Below are positions 9,682 through 20,955 of a stretch of DNA of 64,000 bases, piece after piece (positions within the stretch are counted from its first letter, which is position 1; every line of letters starts with the position of its first letter). The notes under the pieces are model-generated. The model made no database searches. It saw only the letters and a program-made list of their open reading frames with translations, and had not been told where the DNA came from. This DNA is from Giardia intestinalis (lineage: Eukaryota). The position numbers and the translations under genes are program-made. The DNA lies in assembly GCA_000002435.2 (NCBI GenBank), contig CM018793.1. One strand, given 5' to 3'.

Positions 9682-11428
9682 GTGTTCGTATGTGCCCCTG
9701 GGTCCGGTGGGCCATCGGGGTGGTGGGTGGGGTGATCCCCACTCTGTTTGCTAACGTAATTGTGTCTGATCTCCAGCCTTCGTTGCACTCCCCGAGACAG
9801 AGGCACCGACGATCGTGTCGTGTCCCCCTGACTGAGTGCCTCCCTTGGCCCCTGCATGTCTCAGGCAGTACTGCTGCTCTGTCTGGCTGGTGCATGAGTG
9901 TCGAGGCAGGCCATCGCAGTCTCTCCTGCTACTCCTTGATGCTCTGTGCGGGTCTGCTGAGCCCCTGGCATGCCCTGTCCAGTGCCTCGACGGTAGTTCG
10001 CCTCGGGCCAGCAGGGGCATGGATGAGCCTGTGGATGGGATGGGGTTCTCTCATGCCTCTAGTGTGATGGCCCAGAAGACTGGCACGGTGGGGCACCGGT
10101 GACTGCACTGTCCCCGTGGTCAGCTGTGCTGCTCCTGGTGGGTCCTTGTTGTGGAGCGCTGTGTATCATCCGTAGGCAGGGGTAAGCCATCCCTGGTCTC
10201 AGGATGCTCTATCATGCAGAGAGGAGCACGCTGAGGGTCACCCACACCTCACCTGCTGTGCCCGCTCGGAAGTTCCTGATGTGATCCACCAGGACCTTGA
10301 CACCTCTCGTGGCTCTGATGACCCCTCGGGGAGAGCCGGGGTGTCCTATGCCAGGGAGGCGTGCACCTTCCTGCATGAGCTGGGCCATCCACTGCACTGC
10401 CTCCAAGGAGGTCTGCTATGAGAGGCAGTGGGATGATCGACAGCCCCAGAGTGCGGTGGAGGGTGCTCGTGGTCGTCTCTGTGATCGGGCATCACTCATG
10501 ATGGTCAGTCCTGTGCCTGTGTGGTGCTCAGAGGCCACCTGTCTGCCTCATCGCCTGCTGGACAGCCGGGCCTCTTGTGGTGTCCGAAGATCTCCTCACT
10601 CCTCTGGCTGCTGCCCCCTCTGGTCATCGATGGAGGCCAGCGGAGTCTTCGGTGAGTCTGGTGCCTGCCTGGGTGTCATGGGGGCTGGCAGCTGTCAGGG
10701 CTCTGCCACTGCTCACCTGCCTGGAGTGTGCCTCCCTTGGGCCTGCTCTACTGTGCTGCGTGAGTCCTCTGGCTTCCTATCAGGCCCTGATTGTGAGGGT
10801 GACCCCACCTGGCCTTCTGATGCCCCTGTGGATGAGCATGGCAAGGTGTCTGGCTGGGGATCTCTAGTGCCCGTGTCTGTTGCTGCCTCTCGGGTGCTCG
10901 GGTGGCTGTCTGGGGATCTCGTACGGGGCACAGTCAGCGTGTCCCGAGCAGACTCCGGTCCTCTCTGGGTCCACACAGTCTGTCCGTGTGTGGATGGTCC
11001 TCCTACACTCATGTCCATCTGTGCACACTGTCACTCAGCCTCGAGAGCAGACCAGTGCAGTCACCAGGGTCGCTGTCAGAGGGAGTCGTCTGCCACTACC
11101 ACTGTTCGAGCAGACTCTACAGCTCAGGCTGGCTGCTGTGCACCCTCATGGCAGGGATACTTGACTCCCCTTGGTCATCCTCTCTGCCCCGGTGTGCACG
11201 GCTCCTTCGGGTGGCCTCTGGTGAGTCTGCACTGGGAGGCACAGAAGAGCAAAGGCAGTCCTTGCTGGCACCACTCTCCGGCTCCTGAGGGTTGTCTGGG
11301 TGGAGGCACTCACAGATCACGAGCACACAGAGGGATGAGTCACAAGGGGACAGCCCCCAGTCACCACAGCTATGATCACCCCAGTCTATCGAGTGGCCAG
11401 GGGCATATACAGACACCCCCCATCTCAG
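9682..11428. other. Unique 1.75-kb centre of the palindrome; GC-rich, plus strand strongly A-depleted, no credible coding potential
   Basis: This segment is not mirrored in either arm. The 403-aa ORF 10297..11508 translates to a Cys/Ser/Pro/Gly-rich string with no domain-like features. It exists only because an A-poor strand rarely forms stop codons. Confidence 0.6.
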
Positions 11429-14400
11429 CCCCCACCCGGTCCCCTCCAGTCCCACCGCCCCATCAACCCCCGCCCCACCCACCAGCTGGCCCACTGAGAC
11501 CTGCGTGACCGCGACTGTAGAGCACTGCCCAGAACCACAGCCGGGCGGACACCGAGGGCCCAGCCAGCGGAGAGCCCGAGGGCAGCCCCTGACAGACGGG
11601 AGCATCTAAAAAAGACAGCGATCGGAGCTTCACCCACCAAGGCGGCAGACCATGGAGAGGCGCCACCGGTAGAGCAGAGAGCCTGCGAGAAGGCCTGAAT
11701 CCAAGGCAGATCGGCATGGACATCCAGACAGAGCATATCCTCATGGAGCGGCGAGGAATGCCCAGATTCTGGATGTGTCACTGAAGAGGACTCTTTCATT
11801 ATGTTATCCATACTCAACCCTCGTCTCTGAACTGGCCAGGAAGGAGCGGGTCCACCCGCACAATCTCTGGGCCACACTCAGATAGCCCCAGCAGCATAGT
11901 GTAATAAGCCATATACAGTGACGCGTTTACTACCTAAGTACATCTACGCCTTTCCACGGCAGATAAACCACCAGCAGAGAAAGCCTACGAGGCCCCCCAC
12001 AACGACGACCACAGCCACAGAGATCCCCGCGATGGCACCCGTGGAGAGGCCGCTCTTGTTCATGCTGTCTCCTCCAGTGTCTCCGCCGGTGCCATCGTCA
12101 GTCTCTTGTCGCGTTATGTAGCAGATGACAGATCCTTGACCATTAGATGGAGGAGCACAGCTTACGCAATTAGGCACACCAACTATTCCATTATCGCTAT
12201 CAGCTGCACATTTGAAACACTTACCAGTACCAGTTCTATAATATCCAGAATAGCATTCAGTACAAACATCCGAATTGCTAGCCCCACACTTTGCACAGCC
12301 CTCAGAACATTCCGGACATTTTCCTCCGGCTGGGCTTTGTCCATTGGCTGCACATGTCTGACACTGTCCGTTCTGAGCACTACTGCATAATGTGTTACCT
12401 GGGTATGCTGTCGACTGATAGCACCCGCCAGACTGCAGGAAGTATGAACCTGTACACGCAGTACATACTCCGTCACCCGGGGTGCATCCAAGTGCTGCCC
12501 TTGTCGTTGTCGACACACAGACGCCGTCCACTGGGGCGTATCCGGCCTTGCACTTGCTGCAGTACTTGGAGCCCCCAACGACGGCCGTGCACTGCCCGTC
12601 TGCGCAATTCTCTGCATACCTTCCCGTGCACTCTGGGATGCATGTGCCGGTGGCTCCATCGTCGCCCTTGCTTAGCACATACCCAGGGTAGCAAGCCGTA
12701 CACGACGTTTTTGCATTAGTACTACAGCTTGCGCATGACTCGTGGCAGGGGGTACAAACATTGCCGCTATCGCCACTAACGGCATACATTCCAGCAGGGC
12801 AGGTATCTAAGCACGCATTCTTTTCTGGAGTGAGATACTTATTTTGTTCACACGTCAAGCATGTGACCAAAGGGGCGGCTCTAGATCCTTGAGTGAGCAG
12901 ACTGCACGTCGCACAATTAGCGATTCCACCATCTGGCACACTATTACATGCAGCGCACTTGTTTCCCTGTTGTTCATCGACCTTTGGAAACGTAGCCGCT
13001 GTACATCCAGATGCTTCGACGCACGTGCCTGTGCTGCCACTGTCCACTTTCAGATATGTCTTAGTACCAGTTCCTTTACACTTACTGCACTTGTTATTGC
13101 CTGTTACGGCACACGTAGCACAATTCTCGTCTTGGCATGCTTCACAAGTGGGGCCAAAGAACCCGTCCTCACAGGTTGTGCACGTGGCAGGCACAGGATT
13201 AGTATCACTTGCTGCTGCTTTGGGTGCATCACACACTTTGCAGTGCAGCACGCCCTTGTACTTGTGGCTGTTTCCAACCAACACTTCTTCAACATCTCCA
13301 CATGGTATGACCGATTGGTGTGCATTATCTCTATCAGCATCGGGTGGTAGGAAGTACCCAGCCTTAGCCTGCGTGCACACTCCATCAGTTGCTGTTTCAC
13401 ACATCGTGTTGCCAGGTGCCTGGCTATCCTTGTAGCATCCGCCCTTGTACATGAAGGATTTATTAGCGCACTGTGTACACTTCCCATCTTGTTTTTGGCT
13501 GCACTCGTTATTGTCTGCTGAGCACACTCCGTCTGTCGGGGCGCCACCGGAATTAGAATTCCCAGTGTCGTTGCACTGCGAGCAGTACTTCTTGCCGTTG
13601 ATGACGGCGCTACAGGTCTTGCAAGTATTGGGTTCACTGCCAGTTACCTCCTCACATTCGTCTCCGGCTTGCGCTGCCCATGCCATCTCGAGCATGAGGC
13701 CAATCAGCAAAACTGCGTAGAACATTGTGGCTCGACGCTCTGTTACACAGGGATATAGCAACTTCGCTCGTCAGTCCGTCCTTTCGTGGCATCTGCCTGT
13801 GCTGCATAACACACTGGCAGGGAGGGCCTCCACATGGGTCTGCGTTGAGAGGTGGGAGCGTGCTGATTCCAGTCTCATGGCCTGCCATCCCCGGGTCCCA
13901 TGTAACTAGCCGGCCATGAAGATGGATCGATCAGTGCAGATCTCCTCCTTTACATTGCAAGGCGCATCACATGATAACTGCTACACGGTGGCCTGTCTAG
14001 CTCTTCACTGTGATGTGATGGTCTCCTGGCGACCAGCTCTCCTGCTGTGCCAGTCACAAGGTCTGCCAAGGAACTCCTAGGTTCTCCTGGATGCCTGACC
14101 AGCGACCCGATGGAGCCGGCCGTGCGATGTCCAGCAGCCCGAGCCACGGGTCATCACAAGCAGATGCCTCAGACACTGCTCGTCGAGGTCCTACATTGAG
14201 GCCCGGCAGGAGCGATGCCCCGTGGAGGATGGCTGCGTGTTCTATCGCGACTCACTACGACTGCCCCCTCTGCTTAGGGACACGCAACATGCCCACCGCG
14301 AACGGATGGATGTCCGTCTGTCATACGACTTAACCTGGTTGCACCGCAGACCGTCGATAAGCCTGCCCCCTGTCGACTCCTATGCCACTGAAGGGCTCTG

Positions 14401-17400
14401 CCGGCCGATCGTCTTTAAAGACTGTCCCTCGCCGGTCGCAGGCCCATCTAGGAACCGGTGCCCGTCCGTCCTCATCTGGGATGGTCCCACTGAGGTGGGC
14501 ATGCCTTCGGACACGCAATGATGTGCCAGCACTTCTAGAGCGGTGGTCCCGCTCGCCTGACCGGCTCCAGCCAACATATCACAGCGCCTCTCACACGAGG
14601 GCTACCCCCGCGCACCGGAGAAAAGGTGATACCGGACGGCCAGCGCTATCTGGGCTGCCACACTCCATGCTAACTAAGGGATAGTGGAGCCGTAGACGAA
14701 CTGGGCCGTTGTCGTCCCTCTGGTCTGGGGTGCCCAGGTCCTGGAGCCATTGCCAAGAGTGATCATCCGGGCAATGTACACAGCGTGGCCACCGCTGTCA
14801 GGGGATACTCTTATGCTCGAAAGTCTACCAGCAAGACTAGGCCCGGTTGGCTGGCCAGAGAACGGACTGTGTGCTGGTCAACTGGACTGAAGATTGATGA
14901 TAGTGCTATATGGACAGCAAGCTAGGAACGTCAGTGCCCTCTAGATTTCGTGTCACATTGAGCAACCCGCTGTACGAAAGCTTGATATCTCGGGTGATCA
15001 GCTGACGTTACAAAGTGCTTGGTAGTCTGACAACCATGTGGAGGCGAGACAATGAGAGAGCCCTAAAGCAGCTCGCGAGCAGAGAGGCTGGTGTGCACAG
15101 CAATGTGATCCATTAAGTCTCTGTTGGGCGCACAAGGGATATCCAGATGCAGTAAACTGGTTGGCGCCTCTTATAACAGGCAAGGATTTCTATCCGCGCT
15201 GTGCAGTCGTGGGATGCACCTTGCAGACTTGAGGTGGACATCTATAAACACCGTGACTTGGAATGTAGTTGGCAAGGTGGTTGAGGTCTAGCTTGAGCGG
15301 GCAAGAGCTGACTATGCCACCTCGATTGGCAAGTACCTCAAACTGCGTAATGCGTGTAGTCGTCCTCTGGTAAGGGTGGATGGCCATCTACAGAGCACTA
15401 TAAAGCTAATCGTGTGGATTGTGGGAGCATCATCCGGTGGCTCGTCTACTGCGGAAAGACGCAACTGAGGAACTGCTGAGTAGAAAACACGCTGACTGAT
15501 ATTGGTGTGCACCGTATACCTCTACAATAGGGTCTTGCGCTACGTATGGAGAGGAAACGAGCTCCCTCGACTTCGGAACAGTTGAGTATCCAGAAGCCTC
15601 TGCCTCGCTACAAATGCACAAAATCAAATCAGCCTCCAAGTCGTCCGCAGACTCCACGATTTTCCACGGCTAGAAGCCAGAGGGACTCACGTGTGTCCTT
15701 ATTGCAATATGGGTCTATACCTAGTCATCCTATTACAGAGTGGGCTCCCTGGCTTTCTCCATCTTCTTTGTCTAAATTTGCTTCTCGAGGATCTTTGTAC
15801 ACGAGTAGCCTTCTATGTACCCAAATAACATCCTCCTTCCTTGAAGCCTGTCACCAAGACTAGATACCACTAGGTCAATGCGGACAAAGGCAAGCCTCTT
15901 CGCAGGTCCGTCTAAAACCAGCAACGGGCATCCAAACAAGTGTATAGATGCTTAGTAAGTTGACTATGATACAGACCAGTTATCACATGAGGCTTACAAC
16001 AGTTGGTGTACAGAGTTCTGTTTTAGCCATAGGTGTGGAGCTCATGTCTCACCTTGAAAGACGGTGGAGCGCTCTGCAGGACCTTTCTGGATATATAGCT
16101 GTCGCTATAGCTGATAGGGGACAGGTGCGAAGACCCCATGCTTACACAGAAGCATCTCTGGTGCTATTCTTCACTGATAACAGATAGCTCAAACAGGCGG
16201 TGTCCATTCTACCATCAGACCTTATGCGGCGTGTGTGCATTATTAGAGAAGCTTCTGTAATCTCTGCTCAGTCTGCTGGGCAGGCACAGCCCAAGTGCAA
16301 CGAAGACGGTGGTGGAGGCAGTCACCGGCGCAAGGCAATGAGGCGTGTGGCTCAGCACAGCAATTCGCCTTTAGAAGCCCTGGGCCTCTGAGACGAGCAC
16401 AACACGCTGTCTGCACATGCAATTCCTCTTTCACGCTGCTTACCCGTATGAGCAGTTGCGATGCATCGTACGCCAGAGAGCGGGGCAGAGGGTCCTCAGA
16501 CTACCGGACCAGTAGACCGAACTGGCAAGGGCAGCTAGCCATGCATGCAGAAACTCTGTCCTGAGGGCGGCGGGTGCAACGGCTGCCTCAAGTTTTTTAG
16601 CCGGGGTGGGGCTGTCGCCTGCTATCTGAGTGGTCTCTCATGCGAGCCACCGCCTCCCTGGGCAAGTCCCTCGCTCGTTCACCAACCGAGATCCAGATCC
16701 AGAGTTCGAAGGTGAGTGTCAAGCGACTTCGACGGGAGAAAAACTCTTGTTCTTCCCTCTTCCCAAGGACGAGGCAGGGCAAGTGCAATCGGTGGATTAT
16801 CATGATGCGCTCCACAAGGCAGTTCCGAGTCCCCTGGAGACCCAGACACTGGTCTTCCTTGAGACCGAGCAGACTGCGTTCCACCGACTGCACATGGGCG
16901 GCATTTGCATGGCGCAGAGAGGCGCAGACTGATGGAACACAGCGGTCTTGCTCGACATAGCGAACATTCCAACAGTAGACGGCCTCTGCCAGGCGAGTAT
17001 GCCCCGTCCCGAGGAGCTGCGTCGGGGCCTTCCTCCGGCTGCGACGCGCTGCACCCCTGGGCTCGATCCCTCGGGGCCCTGCGCATGCTTCTGTGCTGCG
17101 GGGGACAGAACCTGCTCACCAGGAGCTGAAGGAGATGCCCCGCTCACTGCCCGTGCCGACGACAGCGACGCGACGGGGCAGTCACAGAAGCGACAGGCCC
17201 GGCGAAGCAACATGGCTCGACGGTCACCACCGGGTGCAGGAGCACGGAGGGGCAGGGGGCCTCCTTCCTGGCCGGTCTCAAGGAGCCCCCAAGGCGGCAG
17301 AGAGCCTGAAGTCAGTGATGGCACTAATCACTCGCCGTGCTGGCCGGGATGGACCCACACGCGGCCCATGTGAATCCCTCGACAGGCAAGTCGGCCCCTG

Positions 17401-18175
17401 GGGTGCTTGGCTGACAGAGGCGGGCTGATCCTGCCTGCACCGAAGAGTGGTGGCCCGGGCCACCTGCCAGGGGTCTGCCACAGCAGTTGGCAGTGCCTGA
17501 CACCCCCGAGTAGGCGGGTGCCGGCTACCGAGCAAGCCGACTTCGGTGAACCGGTCCTAATCGCTCTTGGTGCCTCAGACGACGCCTCTCAGAGAGGTGG
17601 TCCTGGACCGACGCCTCGACAGACCGAAGCATCACCCCAGGTGTGCTGTGCAGATGGACATAGCCCACACATCACTGAGCCAGACACACTGCACAGGATG
17701 GGCGTCGACACGGTCTCGTGCTGGGTGACGGACCGCCTGCAAGAGTGCACTGCGATCCATGAGCAGGAGGGCCATACTTCTCCCCCGACACAACGCATGG
17801 GAGTACTCCGTCGGCATCCACGAATGCGTACTATGACTCCAAGATGGAGGCGTACGTGGAGCGCACCTCCGACAGCAGGGTCGATGATTCACGTCATGGG
17901 GAGATGAAGAGGCACCCCGAGGAACGGGGTGGACACCCGAGGCTCATGGCGTGCGATTCTCGTCACGGAGAACTAGCACCAGGGCCACGTGGAAGCCAGA
18001 TCGCCGTGATCGACAGCAGGCCCTGAGATAGTGTGTGGTCACCCAGGTGCCAGACGATGGTTGCCCCAAGCTAGCCAGAGGAAGGAAGGAACCCTAGAGG
18101 CATCGCGAGGAGCGGCGATCCTCACGGAGATGCTCGGGCAGCAGCGGGCGGCCGCCTCGGTGAAGCAGAGAGTAA
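11429..18175. repeat. Right arm of large inverted repeat (6747 bp), mirror of 2936..9681
   Basis: Every six-frame ORF of the left arm recurs on the opposite strand (for example 3085..3267- equals 17844..18026+, and 7349..9166+ equals 11944..13761-). The only differences seen are a micro-divergent patch near 3415..3480 versus 17630..17695 and one SNP at 5626 versus 15484. Confidence 0.9.
11944..13725 (-). CDS. vsp: Variant-specific surface protein (VSP), identical copy of 7385..9166, convergent with it
   Basis: The predicted protein is identical to the left-arm copy. The mirrored AGTAAAC poly(A) signal lies at 11925..11931 on the minus strand. Confidence 0.9.
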   Translation of the reverse strand: MFYAVLLIGLMLEMAWAAQAGDECEEVTGSEPNTCKTCSAVINGKKYCSQCNDTGNSNSGGAPTDGVCSADNNECSQKQDGKCTQCANKSFMYKGGCYKDSQAPGNTMCETATDGVCTQAKAGYFLPPDADRDNAHQSVIPCGDVEEVLVGNSHKYKGVLHCKVCDAPKAAASDTNPVPATCTTCEDGFFGPTCEACQDENCATCAVTGNNKCSKCKGTGTKTYLKVDSGSTGTCVEASGCTAATFPKVDEQQGNKCAACNSVPDGGIANCATCSLLTQGSRAAPLVTCLTCEQNKYLTPEKNACLDTCPAGMYAVSGDSGNVCTPCHESCASCSTNAKTSCTACYPGYVLSKGDDGATGTCIPECTGRYAENCADGQCTAVVGGSKYCSKCKAGYAPVDGVCVSTTTRAALGCTPGDGVCTACTGSYFLQSGGCYQSTAYPGNTLCSSAQNGQCQTCAANGQSPAGGKCPECSEGCAKCGASNSDVCTECYSGYYRTGTGKCFKCAADSDNGIVGVPNCVSCAPPSNGQGSVICYITRQETDDGTGGDTGGDSMNKSGLSTGAIAGISVAVVVVVGGLVGFLCWWFICRGKA

Positions 18176-18488
18176 CTGGATTGGAAAGCATGACTTCCTC
18201 ACCGAAAAAGACCGAATTCGTCTGAATAGTATACGCACAAATAAATCATCTGGCCACCATTCACCATAGTAGACGTGCAATGCACTGGGAGAACACAGCT
18301 TTTGCCTTCTGTATATTTGAGCTACTCTGTGAGTAGATCCCTTCCATGCATAACTACTCCACTTGATTCGGTTAGTTATACCCTAGTAAAACGCCCTTTC
18401 ACCATACTTGGCTCTAGGCACATGATCACAACCAAGGCTTTATAACTTCAAAAGTTAAGGATAGAGTAAAGTTACTTTTGGCTTTGAG

Positions 18489-19052
18489 ATGGATGAATAC
18501 GATAATCTAGTGAAGCTTCTCACTTGTAACACTAGCGCGGACTCGTCTTCACAACTACAAAAGATATCGACAAGGCAACAGGAGTCAGTTCAAAGATTGG
18601 GCCAAAGATCGACGCCAAAACCGAAATCCTTGCCGGAGCAGGAAGATCCTATGAAGGAGTGCACATTCCACCCCCAGATTATTAGTCAATCGAAAGATTA
18701 TGTGCACAAGGAAAAAGATCCTCATCTCCGTCTCTATGAGCAAGCAAAACAGAAACAAGAAACACTGAATCGAAAGATGGAAGAAAAGAAACTTCAAGAG
18801 GCCATTGAAAAAGAGAACGAGAGGCCCACTTTTCAGCCTGTCCTAATTTCATCCTCTAAGTCGAGACATAGAGCAGAGCGAGACGCTTTTAATGCCCTGT
18901 ATAACGACGCCATAAAGCAGAAAGCCAAAAGAGATGAGCAGGCCATAACCTTTACGACAATTGACACATTTAAGCCGAAGACGCATACAAGAGCCTTTGA
19001 TCGCGAATCAACTATTCAAACCATAGTTGATCAGCTTTCGAACCTGCACTAG
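18489..19052 (+). CDS. Hypothetical protein, 187 aa, Lys/Glu-rich, probably coiled coil
   Basis: It starts at an ATG and has a low-complexity but balanced protein-like composition. Its 3' end overlaps the convergent neighbour by 45 nt. Confidence 0.45.
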   Translation: MDEYDNLVKLLTCNTSADSSSQLQKISTRQQESVQRLGQRSTPKPKSLPEQEDPMKECTFHPQIISQSKDYVHKEKDPHLRLYEQAKQKQETLNRKMEEKKLQEAIEKENERPTFQPVLISSSKSRHRAERDAFNALYNDAIKQKAKRDEQAITFTTIDTFKPKTHTRAFDRESTIQTIVDQLSNLH

Positions 19053-20849
19053 CACCACAATACTAATAGATATCAATATGAAAATCATTATGCACAGGGA
19101 AGTTGATTGGTAGGAAGTCGATTTAGTTGCATTGTTCAGAGGTTCAGAAGCTGGAGGCATCTGCGGGGCAATGCATGAGTACATCTTGGCATTAGCAATA
19201 ATGGAAGCGGGTCCAGCCAAAGAGCTGTGTGCAGATATGTTTGATAATTGATTAAAGGCCACAGCTCTAACTGGGGTTATCAGCTCAGAACCAGGAGTCG
19301 GTGTAATCAATTTTTGGACTTCTAGGTCTCCTTCATCTCCTATGGTGAGCATCCTTTGCTGATCATTTGACGACTGTTGACTGTGTAGCTCGCATAAATA
19401 CTGGTGAATAGTTGCTACTTTTGGTTGCATTCTTAAGCAATCTTTTAGACAAGCTGCCCTATCCCTTACAGCAAACGGCAGAGAGGTGGAACACGAACCG
19501 ACAGTAAGACAGATCTCGATATCTCCGTCATCCTGAGTGGCTAACATAGTGCATGTATCCTTTGAAAGAATCAGGCAGTATGCATGCGTCTTTTCTATAG
19601 CCAGTAGCTTACATTCAATAGGTACCCAGATAGCATTCTTGGAAGTGGACAAAGACTTGAACTGCTTTCCGGGAACAACTACACGATAAGGGTGCTTTCC
19701 CCTAGACTTTCGCACTACGAAGATGTGAACTCCAGATGCTACTTTTGCACACACTACTGCTTGAAATGTGTCTGTCAACGCGCACCGGAGGAATTCCAGT
19801 TCATCTGTTCCAGTCACTCCAGTCACTTTGGCTATCGTTTGCTTCACAAAGGCGCTTCCAACAAATACGCAGAGACTACGTGCATCAGCACCCACAAAAA
19901 CTCCATTTCTATATGCGAGTGCACAGTTTTTGGACAGTTCGACGAGACTGATGCAAGGAAGATTTGGCCGTGTGCATTGAACGACATCGGGGCTGGTATC
20001 TTTTGTGCTGTATTGGTAGACCCTAGCACCTAACCTTTCCGTTAGATAATACTTTGTTTTTTCAGACTTAACTGGAACCCACAGATTAGACAGGGGTTGT
20101 GCAGCATACTCAGCTGTTTCGAGCTCATTGTCTGTTTTGAATTGAATAATTAGTGTGTCTGTACCATTGTCTTCTTCTAATATAACTGATAGAACTGTGC
20201 CTGGAACGGGAATTCGCGCCGGACTGTTTGTTACCTCGCCTAAATAATGCAAATAAACAACCCCGTAGGAGTGGGATTGAGTTACAGATGTACTTGCTAA
20301 AGACTCGTTCATTGGTGAGTAGTTACAAAGAGTAGCTACGTGTTGAGCCGTAATAGATAAGAATGGCTCCAGCGTCTCATCTACTTCCTTTTCAATGGGC
20401 ATAGTAAGAAGCGGTTTGAAGCTGTTTGTCCTGCCAGAGAACTCGATCAATACTATATCTTTCCTGGTGAGAAATGCAGTAACCAGTGTTCGACTTGCTC
20501 CCTCTGCGCAACCGTGGCAACGGACGAGTGGAGTAGTAGCAAAAAAGTGCATATCGACAAGCCCGGAAACAACGTAGTGTGCCGTAGCAAAGCATGTGAA
20601 GTTGGCTTGAAACTGTGCAGTAACCTTTCGTGTGCTAATATCGACAATCCAAAGCATGTCATCTCTTTGCGAAACAACTAGAACAGTCTCTTTCCAAAGT
20701 GATATCAAGTTGCCTGGGGAGGAGATGGGCGGTTTCAGATTGCACAAATCTAGAACTACTTCAGTCGTACTCAGAGAGGACGGGGTGCAGTAGGTAGTGA
20801 CTGCGAGCTCTTGCGTAGCTACATCATAATACACTGTAGCAGCTTGCAT
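19008..20849 (-). CDS. Hypothetical membrane-anchored protein, 613 aa, with a CX5R phosphatase-like motif (LVRCHGCAEGASRT) and C-terminal TM helix
   Basis: The ORF is long with an ATG at 20849. The CAEGASRT segment fits the C-x2-G-x2-R-[ST] motif of PTP/DSP active sites. The C-terminal segment LCIMIFILISISIVVLVQV is hydrophobic. Confidence 0.5.
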   Translation of the reverse strand: MQAATVYYDVATQELAVTTYCTPSSLSTTEVVLDLCNLKPPISSPGNLISLWKETVLVVSQRDDMLWIVDISTRKVTAQFQANFTCFATAHYVVSGLVDMHFFATTPLVRCHGCAEGASRTLVTAFLTRKDIVLIEFSGRTNSFKPLLTMPIEKEVDETLEPFLSITAQHVATLCNYSPMNESLASTSVTQSHSYGVVYLHYLGEVTNSPARIPVPGTVLSVILEEDNGTDTLIIQFKTDNELETAEYAAQPLSNLWVPVKSEKTKYYLTERLGARVYQYSTKDTSPDVVQCTRPNLPCISLVELSKNCALAYRNGVFVGADARSLCVFVGSAFVKQTIAKVTGVTGTDELEFLRCALTDTFQAVVCAKVASGVHIFVVRKSRGKHPYRVVVPGKQFKSLSTSKNAIWVPIECKLLAIEKTHAYCLILSKDTCTMLATQDDGDIEICLTVGSCSTSLPFAVRDRAACLKDCLRMQPKVATIHQYLCELHSQQSSNDQQRMLTIGDEGDLEVQKLITPTPGSELITPVRAVAFNQLSNISAHSSLAGPASIIANAKMYSCIAPQMPPASEPLNNATKSTSYQSTSLCIMIFILISISIVVLVQVRKLINYGLNS

Positions 20850-20955
20850 AGATATATTTCTTTTTGTACGAAATCTATTAATCTACGAAATGTAAATGTT
20901 TATACGAATATAAGGTTCGCACTTGGGTAGGATAGTGGGCAAGAAAAAAATATCA

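Noticed and set aside
10297-11508. The 403-codon ORF in the palindrome centre was considered as a protein-coding gene.
   Set aside because: The translation is Cys/Ser/Pro/Gly-rich low-complexity with no motifs. The ORF is an artefact of an A-depleted strand. There is no AT-rich initiator at its start, and it runs across the arm boundary.
2900-18210. Looked for target-site duplications or terminal motifs that would make the whole palindrome a mobile element.
   Set aside because: The sequences immediately outside the arms (cctcttaat on the left, ctggattgg on the right) share no direct or inverted repeat. No transposase or RT ORF is present.
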